A stretch of DNA of 63,858 nt, counting the filler, from Octopus bimaculoides (taxonomy: Eukaryota): the NCBI RefSeq assembly GCF_001194135.2. It is 4 parts of 3 records of this genome, joined end to end, with 100 filler letters (N's around TTAATTAATTAA, not from the genome) between each part and the next. Parts side by side here need not be neighbours in the genome. Positions count along the whole stretch, not along the records: positions 27,993 to 56,250 come from NC_068981.1; 3 more parts are not named here. The stretch is one strand, 5' to 3'. Shown piece by piece: positions 40,416 to 53,362 of the stretch (positions are counted from its first letter, which is position 1; each line of letters begins with the position of its first letter). The position numbers and the translations under genes were made by a program. The notes beneath the pieces were generated by a model. The model ran no database searches. It was not told where the DNA came from and saw nothing but the letters and a program-made list of their open reading frames with translations.

Positions 40416-42699
40416 TCCTTATGTATGTGTATTCAACTAACAGCATAAAGAATCCACTTTCTATGTATAAATTTTATCATTCTATTCAGTACGCTGTTCT
40501 ATTTATCATCACGAAAATACGTGTTTCTGTAAATTTAATAGTCATAGAGTTGTACTTAAAGCTACACCCCGTTGTTTCTTCAATGCACATTAGTCAGCCA
40601 CAGTCTTAAATTCTTTTCACGTTTCAAATCAATATTTCAAGAGATTTTAACTCTTGTTAAAAATGAAATAAATTCTAAAACATATATAACAAGGTATTTC
40701 GGAGTTAGTAGTGAAATATTTGCATGATAATTATTTGAGTAGAACAGCTAATGTAATTATTATCGCCTGACTTTTTGAATTTATAACAGCATCGTGCTTT
40801 GTTTTGTTTTCTTTAGACTTTTCCTCTGAGTTCAGAAAACAATTTGTTTCACAACCAACTTTAGAATAAGCTTGTTTTCTCTCAGTGCATTTCAGTTTTA
40901 AAACAAAATGGCAAAAGTTAATTGACAAGTAGAAGAATATAATGTTTTTTTTGTTTTTTTTTTTTGTCTTGCTGATGACCAATTGATTATAGATTGCCTG
41001 AATAGCTACAAATTTGAAGGATCTCTCTCGTTCTAATACATGAGGGATAAGTGAATTGAATTACTGGAATGCCAAAATTCTAACGTCAGTTTAACAAGCT
41101 ATTTACTGTATTCTGAAAACCGGTTATAAATCCACAATTTCTCAAGAAGTCTACAAATACTTCCCTAAATTCTGCACGTAGCCATTAAGTTAAGACTTGC
41201 AACAAAGATATCTCAAGCTCAAACACAATTACTACTCTATTGATCTGCGCTAAGTACAAATGTGTGAGTGTGCTGCACTCGCGAGTGTGTGTGAAAAGTA
41301 AAACGAATATAGCAAGGTATCCACATGCAAAAGAAAAAAAATGAAATGTATAAATACTATAAGTAACAATGCAGTTATTTAAACCTCATCAATAACTCTG
41401 TAATTTAGGTAGAAGGGATCCAAGTACTGCTTGGTACTCCATTCAATTGATCGCGGATAGATAAATAACAAATCTGACATCGGGTTTTGAACTCAGAGTG
41501 TAAAGACCGAAATAAATACCCCGAAACTTTCATCGTCGAAACAGATGCCTAAGAAAATTAAGAATGATAAAAACAACGGGTAAAGACGCAATTATTTGAA
41601 TTGTTCGAGGCGAGCTGCTATGTGTGCAGATATCGGTGTCAGATAAATTAGGCCATTGTTCCTTGCAATTCGTTGCGTTTATTTTAAGAAAGACGTAATC
41701 TGCAGAGAGAAATACCTCAGAAATTGAATGTTTTGTAAAATGTCAACAAGACAAATGCTGTATCTGAATGATAGAGGCTAGTATATCAATTTTCACAGTT
41801 TGCTTCACTTACAGAGCAATGCTCAGAAATTTTCGAATACGCTGGCGAAAATCTCTTACTTATTTTGTTACCAAGAAAAGCACCACGAAAAATAGAAAGG
41901 TAGTGCCTCAACAGACACAAACACAAAGCTACGTACGCAAAAACGTAAAACCACAGCAATCGATGTAGTTCAAGGCTTATCTTATATTTAGTTTTAAAAC
42001 TGAAATGCTCTGAGAGAAAATAAACTTATTCTAATGTTGGCTGGGAAACAAATTGTTTTCTGAACTCAGAGGACAAATCTAAAGAAGACATAAACAAAGG
42101 ACGATGCTGTTATAAATTCAAAAAGCTAGGCGACAATAACTCCCACTCTCTCTTCGTTGGCAGGACTTCTCTAACATGGATGACCATCTGACAAAATGTC
42201 TATAGATATGTGACTAAGTAGGCCCATCTGAAGTTGTCTTGCAGAAGAGGTGCAGTTGGTCACTTCACGCTTATAAGTTTATATCTTTCATGAGATGTTT
42301 GCTCCAAGCTGTGTCAAAGATTTTGGCCCCATTTGTATCTTTGTCTACTATTCAAAAAAATCTCATTCACCTATAGCTAATCACATTAGATTTAGGAGCA
42401 GGTTTACAACCGCTTTCTTGTGCCTTATACATGTACGTTTTTATTCTGCTGTCTGCCTTATGCATGTACGTTTTTATTCTAACGTCTGCCATTGGATATA
42501 CATGATATTTTTCAGATGTTGCTAGTATAGCCTTTCCAGCTAAAAAGTACGTTTCTTTCAATATGCCCAGAATTAAGAACAGAACGGTACGTAACAAAAA
42601 CTACCCGATATACAATCGGTTTGGCTGTTTGTTTCAGATCCTGATCATACTTTCAACTCCACGAACTACAACTTTATCCAACGTTGAAACTTCTTACCT

Positions 42700-45400
42700 T
42701 CTCCCATACTGTGAGATATCACTACACAGGTGTTTTAACTGATTTATACGCTATCTACCATTATACAATTCACTCGAATAGGCAAACTAGTTTCTCGGCT
42801 CTTTTGCGGTTGTTGATGCAGCGCCGCAATTATTCGTTCTTTATTTCATGTGTTTGCATCCGGTGTGCAGTCTTTGCTTGCGGGCAAGCTATCCGTTCAT
42901 GGCTTTATTTTGGTTTTCGCAAACGTGAAAATATGTTCTCTATCTATTGATGAGTTGCGGGATTTTAGTGTCGTTCTCGTGCAGCCTGTTATAATGTTTT
43001 CATGTTATAAGATCCAAAGATCCTGGGCAAGTTGAAAAGATGTATCCTTTAAGACTTTAAGACGTTCAATGAGATTTCAGCGGTAATGGAGTTTAGGATG
43101 GAGAAAAGACAATTTACCAGCCCGTTATTACTGAAATTGCTCTGATTTTCTTGAATCTGAGAAAGATCCAATGTTGTATATTTGCTACTATCGGTTATGC
43201 AGATATATCACTACCAAGATGTTTTAACTTATTTATACGTTATCTATCATTAGACAATTCAATCGAATAGGCAATTCACTCGAATGTCACGTGACAACTT
43301 GCTGGGGCAGCCTGCTGGAGCCTAGCAGCAGGTATAAAAAGGGGAATTTGACAAAACAGTCAGTCGGACGCTGACACTTGTTGATGCTGCATCGAAGAGG
43401 CCAGGGAATAGAAGAAAGAAGACATGCACCCAACACCAGAACTGAACACACCTCCGAAAAGGGGGGGGGCGCCAGTCAAAACGGTAGAGGAGTAGGGGCC
43501 GAAACCGGACGTGGTTCCTCCTGATGATGTCTTGAGCTAACTGGATCGTATAAAGGAGCTGTTGTGGTAGCAGACCACGAAATATGGTTGAAATTCCTCT
43601 ACCATTAGACAATTCACTCGAATAGCCAAGCCAGTTTCTCGATTCTTTTGCAGTTGTTGATGCAGAGCCGCCATTATACTTGTGTCTGAGAGATGACGTA
43701 CATTTATAATATATTCCAGTGTTTTTTTTTTTAATGCGAATGTTGCGAGAAACATTCAGATATTGCTGCATCACTTTCTTTTAGGGAATTATCTGCTGTA
43801 TGTTTCACACTATTATAGCTAGGGGCAGAATACTGCTTACGTTAGCTTTTCCCTTACACTTTTGCAATACCATTCCCAGAAGTTCAAACGATATTGATAG
43901 ACTCAGACAGCTAGATTACAGTTCTGCACTTAAGCATTGGTCAGCTTTTTCCGAAGCTAAGATTTGATGTTGCTTTTTCTCTAGTATTCTTTATTTGCTG
44001 GCCTTGCCCAATATGACATAGAATTCTCTCATCAAGATGGTTTCGTCTAGTAATATATGCTCGATAGACGTTGTTTAGTTTTGACATATCTATGTTTGCA
44101 TAAAGTCTACGTGCATATGTACTATTGTGTCTCTACTAGAGCCAGCACACGTTAAGCAGAGTGCTATCAATCTTTCACTAGCATTGATACATAGTTCTGG
44201 AAAATCTTACAGAGCCAAATTTCTAAAAATTCTTTCTTTCTACAGAAAATAGGGCTTCCTTCATTTTTTAACACACGTCGCTTGTCTTGTCTACGAAGAA
44301 ATGAGTAATCTCTGCTTTTTAATCCGAATACTGTTCGGCATATCAATAAATGGTCCAACTTTTGAAAGATATTATATATTGCAGCTTTAGTTTTGCCGCA
44401 ACACATACGGGGAAATCTATACAGAAACCCAATATCATTCAGGAAGGCATCTTTCCCAGCATTATCCCGAATGCTACAGAAGGTGGTTCAATCAGAATTG
44501 AAGAAAACGAATCCTCAAAGAGAGCTGCACGTGTGAATTCGCTGCTGAAGAAAATTCTTTCTCTTACGTCTCAATCAAAATATCTGTTGTCCATCATATC
44601 TCATCTGCTCTTCAGCCCACCGAGACTACGAATTTTCTTCTCGGTTGTCCTGAAGAAAATGTTACCTTTTCGTCTTTTACTATTTCACTCAACAGTGTAT
44701 CTTGCGCAGTGCTAATGATGCAATTTGCATATCCACATATGTAGTATTCTGCATTCGTAGAGATAAGTTTCTACCGCAAAGATATAATTATTTCTCCTGC
44801 CATAGACTTTAAATACACATGTGGCAACTGAATCATTTATTATAAAACAACTGTCACTGTTTTCTTATAACATCTGTGAAATAGAAGAGGAATTGATGAA
44901 AATGGAATCTCTTTCATGTAATTTCTTTAATATTCCGAAACTCAAATGATTCAAGGATGAATTAACCTCGGACTATCACTCTTGACTACACAAAACCATT
45001 ATCTGCCTGAACCCGTCAAAATGTCTTAGCATACAATAGATTGTTTTATCATCAGAGATGAGTTCTAACGCCTAGACATATCAGCCATATAAAAGACTAC
45101 TTTGAATAAGGTGCAACACTTATGTAGAAATGAAGCGAGAATGGTCGTGGCTGGAGTATCTTTACAATAAGCTAGTAAATAAGATGATGTCTTAGTAGCA
45201 TCATTTGAACGTCGGATAAAAGGAATTTTTCTATTTGTACCTGCTCTCTGTTCTCCACTGGTGTGTAACTATTGCCTTTCATCAACGTCTCGGAATAGAT
45301 AAACTACTTGTCTAGGATAATTGATTTACATCATCGAGTATTGGGTGGAGTGCCATGATGTGTCCGTTCCATGTATTTGCATCCTGAATTTTAACTTAAA
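42700..45400 (-). mobile_element. Highly degenerate Gypsy-like pol relic (RNase H-integrase region)
   Basis: Scattered motifs in the expected order: VQIEK, ADMSR, HVDFM, an SDNG-like block, and HQQLQK. Many stops and frameshifts. Confidence 0.5.
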
Positions 45401-46511
45401 TTCTGCCTCTTATCAGCGGTTTTAGAATCTATTTGTTACGAGCATATATAGCAGTTAAAGTGAATCAGTGCAATGTTTGTGAATTGCAATAAGTATTGAG
45501 TTATCATTATTACAATATCGGACTTGCTGAACATTAGGAACTAGGGTACAAGAGACCATGCTGATCCTGTGGACTGTAATTCTTCATGTGCAGAATGTCC
45601 GACGTCATGCATAAAATGTCACTTCCAGAAGTCTTACATGCATAATGGTTCATAATACAAACGAAAAAGATTACCCTCACTACATCCTTATTAACTATCG
45701 AACAACTCTGTCAAAATAATATTGAACTTAAGTAAATATAATGATAAATAATTATGTAATTATAAGACGGCCACCTTTCTGAAAAGCGCTCAGATACTTA
45801 CGAGAGTATCCACCTATTTGATACACGTTGCAGTTGAAGCAGTAGGTTTACAACCATTTGAGATGAACATGAAACGTGCCAAACTCTAGTCTCAGAGTAT
45901 TACTACTATTTCATCCAGGCAAAACTAAAGAATTATAATTTTAAAAACAACGTAGAATTGCACAAATGTTGTGTCAGAATTTCTCGATTAGTTACGTTGC
46001 TAATTGCCATAACTTCCGAATAAATATGCTTTAAGTTCTAAGTTCTAAACATTTAACTATATAAGGAATCTCATTAGCGGTCATTCATTGCTCAATTTTA
46101 AGCTGTTGCCTGGCAGTTTTTGATGCATTCGGTGATGTTCGCACTGCCGTAAGTATTGGGGCAGTTGCAAGGACATGTGATCGAAGTTTGCTCCGTATTT
46201 TGATTAGCTATATTTTACAAACACTAAGTACAAGATAAGCAATTCTCTTCCTTAATTTCTTTTTGAGTAGCTTGGCAATAGTTGGGTGTTGTTCCTCTTT
46301 TTCCCGGAAATTTAATTCAAGGAAAACATTCTCAATATATCATTTTGGTCTAACTCATCAATTATTAAAAAACTAATTGTGAGAGAAGGAAAACACTGAG
46401 TTATACAAGTAGCAGAAAGGAGAGAGATGTGCAAGAGGCAGGGAAGAAGAATGAAAAACAAAATGCAAAGTAGAGGAGTGACAAATATATTTAAATATAT
46501 TCGAAATGATG

Positions 46512-46715
46512 TGGTCGAGTCGACTGAATCGTTGGCTCGTTCGACAAAATGCTTAGCTGCATTTCGTCTGTTGTGAGTTCAATTTTCGCTAGGTTGGTTT
46601 TACATTTCATTCTTCCCGGGCCGACAAAATAAATACCAGTTGAGCACTGGAGGTCGATGTAATCGTCTTGCTCCCTAGATCGAAATTACTGGCCTTGAAA
46701 CAAAATTTGAAACTA
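46512..46715 (+). mobile_element. tRNA-derived SINE with Meta/Sauria-like domain
   Basis: gaatcgttgg...aaatgcttagc...gagttcaatt...ttcattcttcccgggccgacaaaataaataccagttgagcactgg. Confidence 0.75.
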
Positions 46716-47194
46716 TTTTATCTCGAAATGGGTAAATAATTACAAACATGTCCTATTAAAAGAGCAAGAACGTGAAATTTTTATATCATATATAATTTAA
46801 GAAATTATTGAGTGTGCTCCAGTGCAAGATTTCATTAATCAATGAAAGTACGGATCGAAGGCAATTGAATTCCCAAAATCTTTCGCAACAAGAGTAAAAT
46901 CTCAACACCTTCCAAATTAATATGAGATTTGTCTGGGCAACAATCCAAAATGAAAGGTTTAATTGTGAACTGGACATGTTACAAATAGCAGGGAACTCTC
47001 AAACATTTTTAAACAGGACCGACAAAATGCAAACCTAGATAATGTTTCAGGAGAAAATGATAATGAAAATGCGCATTCGGAGTTGAATTGGAGCTAAATA
47101 TCAATATGGCAAACAGCATACAATGGTCGTTGAGTAATCTAAATATATTTGAAATAGTATATCTCTCTCTCTCTCTCTCTCTCTNNNNNNNNNN

Positions 47195-47358
47195 CAGTTG
47201 CAGCGAGTGGAAGGTGTTTATAAGCTATTTAAGAAACACACAAAAACCGTTAGGTTCACTTCAACATTTAAATTTAATTTGCCAAAATACTTTCGTCGCA
47301 TTGAGACCGTGACCTGTTCATTGACAAAATTCCGTGCTGCACGGAAATTTGTCAGTGA
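47195..47358. repeat. Truncated fold-back element: one ~165-bp arm plus hairpin apex (47318-47358)
   Basis: tgacaaaattccgtgc-t-gcacggaaatttgtca (16-bp arms, 1 mismatch, 1-nt loop). The right arm is cut off by a SINE at ~47360. Confidence 0.75.
47276..47330 (-). ncRNA. Candidate non-canonical minimal hammerhead ribozyme (probable ancestral G3-C8 core)
   Basis: Minus strand: uuugUCA [A/G]UGAACA G(g)UCAC..GCGAC GAAA G ua U UU uggcaaa. Helices I, II and III are placeable. Position 3 is A here but G in the partner arm (47355). Confidence 0.35.
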
Positions 47359-47359
47359 T

Positions 47360-47680
47360 CATCGACCCGAGTGAGTGGACTTGGTGGACAAAACTCGAAA
47401 GAAGTCCATCGTATCCCCCCCCCACACACACACATTTAGGTGTGTATTTGTCTGTCTGTCTCTCTTTCTATCTGTTTTCCTTCATCACCGCTAGACAGCC
47501 GATGTTGGTGTGTTTACAACCCCCTTACTTATTCGTTCGGCAAAAGAGATCGAGAAAATAAGTATCAGACTTACAATAAAATTAAATACTGAGATCGACT
47601 CGTTAGTATAAAATTCTTGAAGGTGATGCCCTAGCATGGCCGCAGTCTAGTGACTGAAACTCGTACGAAAAATAAAGATT
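47360..47680 (+). mobile_element. 5'-truncated CORE-type SINE, tail type A
   Basis: gtgagtggacttggtggac...gatgttggtgtgtttac...ctagcatggccgcagtctagtgactgaaac. Confidence 0.75.
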
Positions 47681-50372
47681 AAATTAGATTATTTAGTTCT
47701 TCATATCATAATGAAGATTTATACATGTATATTGGAGTCACTGAATCTCGTATTGGAAAAATTTTATGACGTCTATATAGAAAACATTGAAAGAAAATTA
47801 CATGAGCCGTTCATAATTTTTTATATAATGAGAAACATGTTAGGACAATGGTTCAGTTCTTAGAAGACATTTTCTATTAATTCTCTTCACTTTCCGCCAT
47901 CACATCAGACACCACATATGCTCTTGGCACGAATAAAAAGAAGAGGAAAATGACTTACATCCATTTCCAATAACTTTCATCGGCAAGAAATGTTATCTTA
48001 ATGAAGTAATGATAGCGAGATGCGTTTGAAATGCAATAATATTAAAAATTGTCGCGTCACATTTAATTAGGCATTCAACGGGGAAATTAATGTACACCGT
48101 AAATGACTAAAGAAAACCACAGAGAGTGCACAAAAATAAAAAAAGAAATTAAGTTATCTAATGAATAAATTAGTAGCATCAAGTTGTCTTACTTGATTTA
48201 AATGAAATTACTTCGTTTGGAAAGTTATTACACTTATTTCAAGTACATTGTTAATAAAACTAACCACGATTCTCGAAAACTCATTTCAATTTCTTTAGAA
48301 AAATATAGAAAATAAAAAAATCTGATACACTATGTGATAGAGAAATATGAAAGAATTACATTTGAAGAAAATTCGAGAAAATAAAATGGAGAAATACATT
48401 TAGCTCAAATTTGAATATGAATTCCTAAAAGAGATTCTTTAATCAAGATGTTAATTGGGTCATAGATATTATTGTCTTTAAATGTTAACATTTAATGAAA
48501 TATAATAAAAATATTTTTCATGAAAATATGTAACGAAAGAAATAAATATATATGGATTGAGTGAACATTATTTATATGTGTGCGTGTGTGCGTGTGTGTT
48601 TGTGCCTCTGTGGGTGTGCATGTGTGTGTGTATATATCTATATGTTACATGCATATTTACATGCATACATACAAGAAGTATTTGCACTAATATCTGCAGA
48701 AAGGATTGTTATAGCAGTCACACCAAAAGTATACTAAACCAGAATGTAGTCGCGCCTTTATAACTAAAGATTAATGATGGAACACTCGAATACTCGAATA
48801 CCAACCCGGTACAAACACAGCAGTGCAGACCTTTTTCTATAAAATTAGCATCAAAAGCCATATACTATCACAGATGTCGACCACTCAGGCGATTTTGCCT
48901 AACCTTCAGAAGAAGAAACACAGCATCCGTTGTGATTTCTAAACATATTACAACAGTTACATACATTCATTACATCGATACTGATAAAATATAAAAAGCA
49001 ATTACGAATTGGAAAGGAGATACCATTGTATCATTTTAAATATTTCCTACTTCGACCGTATGGTGATTGTTTCACAAAGCTGAAAGTATTCGAGGAATAT
49101 AGTAGAATATATATTTATTAAACTGGATAATTACTTCCGGATAATATAGGTACACACATATACATGTATATATATATATATATATATACATACATTATAT
49201 ATAGACATACATATTTATGTGCTTGCATGTATGTATATGTGTATATATGTATGTATGCATGTATGTATGTATGTAAGTAATATGATTGCGTGTATGTATG
49301 AATATGTATGCACATGCTTCTATCTCTTACTCCTTTGAGAATTCGGGATACAGGGGTAATACTACTTAAGTCTTCGTTTCAGGCTTGACTGAGGGCAAAA
49401 ATAGGCAGTTTGATATTACTAGTCCCGTGGGTGTTTTTATCTTCAAATTTGAATGTTTTCAAATTGATTTTATTTTTTATATATATTTCTTAGTTATTTC
49501 AGCTAATAAAAATCTTGTCTATAGTTTCTACGGTTAACTCTTCTAATCATGGTAAGCCTTTACCTGATCTTTCGTGGTATTTAATACTGCACAGTGACGC
49601 AAAACATTATGTTTTAAAAAACCTCATAATGACAACGATTGATGTTAGGGCACCAAGAAAATTTCAGATGTCTATCCTGAATATTTTCAGATCAAAAATT
49701 AGAAATATTCAATATCTCAATGTATTTTCAGATGTTACATAGAGTAGAACTGTTAAAATGGTTATCGTTTGATAGCACGTTTGACACAATGAGTAGTATT
49801 CCATATAGTTTCTTACATCATGCACGTAGCGGCACCAGGATAATCCACCATATTACAAATATCTACCTGTATATCTAAATGTATTTTCTTTGGTTTGGTC
49901 CGTTCAGTTCAGGATAAACACTCGTATCTCTAAAGTATGCTACATTTTCAATTGTTGTTCATTTGCATGCGTAAATATTAACCAGACTGCAGACAAAAGT
50001 CGAATATACTGCTCTCATCCCAAAACGAAAATGGAATAAAATGTTATCGGGAAGCACATCTTGTTGGCTTCAAACGAAAAAAAATAAAATAAAAATACCG
50101 AAATTTGTATTGATTTTTCCATTATTTCCACGCAGTATGTTTCAGAATATGTCATTTTGTGGTTATCGCTGTAAAACAAAAGATAAGTCGCCTGGCGAGC
50201 ATCGACTAGCGTTCTCACTTTGATTTCTGATTCAACTCACTTTATCTCGGGAATCGGAATTTTTCTTCAAACGTGTGTTTACTATATATATGTAGACGTA
50301 TCAAATATATACACCACAATATACTCGTATACACACATACACGCACACAATATATATATATATATATATATA

Positions 50373-50708
50373 CAAGAGCTACGGTATGGCGTATGGGAAA
50401 TCCGGGTTATATATGTTTCATAGCGAGTGGAATCTCAGAAGTGGCAAATCCAAGTGATGTGTATTCCACCGGCTACTCTTCCAGCCAAGGATATCTTGAT
50501 TATATTAAAGACTAAATTTTTGCAAGGATGTACATGTTGACGCAAAGTTGTAATCAGAATCATTCTAGAATCTTATCTAATGAAGATATCCTTGGTCTAA
50601 AGAGTAACCGGTGGTATACACCTCACTTGGATTTTACCACTTCTGAGTTTCCACTCGCTATTAAATATATGTAACCCGGATTTCCCATATACCATTCTGT
50701 AATTCTTG
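50373..50708. mobile_element. MITE with ~130-bp TIRs and TA flanks (Tc1/mariner-like)
   Basis: TA|CAAG... ...CTTG|TA. Arms 50373-50502 and 50578-50708 align by eye at roughly 80-85%. Spacer ~75 bp. Confidence 0.8.
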
Positions 50709-51895
50709 TATTTCTTTTCGTACACTAGGCAACATTTTTTCAGCTCATCGTTCATCGATAAAAGAAAAAGCATCAGCAACCTTCCGTCTCAATAAACAAC
50801 TATTGTTCCTGAAAGTTGTTCCTTTATATTCACGACGGATTTCTCGAAGCTAGCTTTTTCCTGCACCTCAATCTCTAGATCTTACACACACACACACTCA
50901 CACACACAGCACACACACACATATATATACGTACATATATATATAGATATGTATATATATATATATATANNNNNNNNNNNNNNNNNNNNNNNNNNNNNNN
51001 NNNNNNNNNNNNNNNNNNNNNNNNNNNNNNNNNNNNNNNNNNNNNNNNNNNNNNNNNNNNNNNNNNNNNNNNNNNNNNNNNNNNNNNNNNNNNNNNNNNN
51101 NNNNNNNNNNNNNNNNNNNNNNNNNNNNNNNNNNNNNNNNNNNNNNNNNNNNNNNNNNNNNNNNNNNNNNNNNNNNNNNNNNNNNNNNNNNNNNNNNNNN
51201 NNNNNNNNNNNNNNNNNNNNNNNNNNNNNNNNNNNNNNNNNNNNNNNNNNNNNNNNNNNNNNNNNNNNNNNNNNNNNNNNNNNNNNNNNNNNNNNNNNNN
51301 NNNNNNNNNNNNNNNNNNNNNNNNNNNNNNNNNNNNNNNNNNNNNNNNNNNNNNNNNNNNNNNNNNNNNNNNNNNNNNNNNNNNNNNNNNNNNNNNNNNN
51401 NNNNNNNNNNNNNNNNNNNNNNNNNNNNNNNNNNNNNNNNNNNNNNNNNNNNNNNNNNNNNNNNNNNNNNNNNNNNNNNNNNNNNNNNNNNNNNNNNNNN
51501 NNNNNNNNNNNNNNNNNNNNNNNNNNNNNNNNNNNNNNNNNNNNNNNNNNNNNNNNNNNNNNNNNNNNNNNNNNNNNNNNNNNNNNNNNNNNNNNNNNNN
51601 NNNNNNNNNNNNNNNNNNNNNNNNNNNNNNNNNNNNNNNNNNNNNNNNNNNNNNNNNNNNNNNNNNNNNNNNNNNNNNNNNNNNNNNNNNNNNNNNNNNN
51701 NNNNNNNNNNNNNNNNNNNNNNNNNNNNNNNNNNNNNNNNNNNNNNNNNNNNNNNNNNNNNNNNNNNNNNNNNNNNNNNNNNNNNNNNNNNNNNNNNNNN
51801 NNNNNNNNNNNNNNNNNNNNNNNNNNNNNNNNNNNNNNNNNNNNNNNNNNNNNNNNNNNNNNNNNNNNNNNNNNNNNNNNNNNNNNNNNNNNNNN

Positions 51896-51938
<43 letters not shown>

Positions 51939-52034
51939 CTATGCTAAGATATTTTATATTATATTATACGATATTATCGAACCCTGAGTCACTTTGTTCC
52001 TTCTGCTAAATATTAATATATATATATATATGGT

Positions 52035-52140
52035 ATCATATCATATCATATCATATCATATCATATCATATCATATCATATCGTATCATATCATATATCA
52101 TATCATATTATATAATATCATGTCATATCATATATCATAT
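52035..52140. repeat. (ATCAT)n pentanucleotide microsatellite
   Basis: Directly visible. Confidence 0.95.
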
Positions 52141-53330
52141 ATAAAGTTTTTTTTATTAATGAATGAGGCATTATCGGACACAGATGCCGTAATATAGACG
52201 TGAAATAAATTATTTTTTACCACTTACGATTCCTAATTTAAAGTTAAATCTTCCTCTAAGAAATTCTTCAAGATGTTACACTTTACAACACATGCAATAG
52301 ACGAACTTGGACATTGATGTTTTGAAAAATTTTCTTGACGGAAAAACAATATTTTCTCTGATAAACAACACGTACTCTGATACTCAACTCTTTTGTATAA
52401 ATGTGAAGGCAAAAAGGTTCAATGCCTGGACTTAGGACAAATATTCTTCAGATATCATAGCGTTTTAAACTAGAAACATCAGCATTCTAATTTTGAATCA
52501 TACCAGTAGTATTTCAATATTTCCATATACTTCAACTATTTCAAAGAACAGGAATAAAATTTTGCCATTAATTTATTAAATATTAGACGGAGGCTAATTT
52601 TTATTGTTGAGGTTAACTTTCAAGTTCTTAGAAGGATTAAGTAATGGTGTCATACACACGATACTAAATGCATCGTTAAATGCATTTTATTCATTATCTT
52701 TTATCTCTCTTAAAAATAACACTTGATACTATAATTATATCTCCTTCAGTATAAGTTACAATAAGTTTATCAGAACCAATTCAAAGTTTTTTTATGACAT
52801 ATGTTTTGAGATAAACTCCATATAACTAGTCATATTTTGGTCTTCGATTTGATATTACTCAATTTAAATATCTTTCCGACAATACATCATTGATTCACTT
52901 CAATCCCTACTTGTTACCTTCTATCACACTGATAGAAAGTCGTTATTTGACATCACACCTGATGAAGCTTACTGAAGTCTCACTTAAGATGTCGAAATAT
53001 TTTCACAAATGGCAACAATATGATGCGCAACAATCATGAATATATATTGGTGTGTGTTTGTTGTTTATTCTTCTTCGATTCACTGAAAAGTATACTTGAG
53101 AAACTCCACGAAAATAAAATATAAAGTAAATTGCGTATCTTAGACGTGAAATGACTCAAAATTATTTCTTCACATCCTATATTGGCACAGCAATTTAATA
53201 CTTTATACATGCATTTCGCACTTCGCCGTGAATCGAACTTTATATTATATAACGGGTGTCATGCTCAAAACCTAAGAACGATGAAAATTAAACTTATATT
53301 TTACATATTCAAACTGGAAGATACGTGTGA

Positions 53331-53362
<32 letters not shown>

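Noticed and set aside
50578-50625. CTAATGA...GTAACCGGTG resembling the fold-back B ribozyme
   Set aside because: Several core mismatches in both arms and no helix II closing pair.
52959-53000. CTGATGA...CGAAATAT
   Set aside because: Helix I and the 10.1-11.1 pair cannot form.
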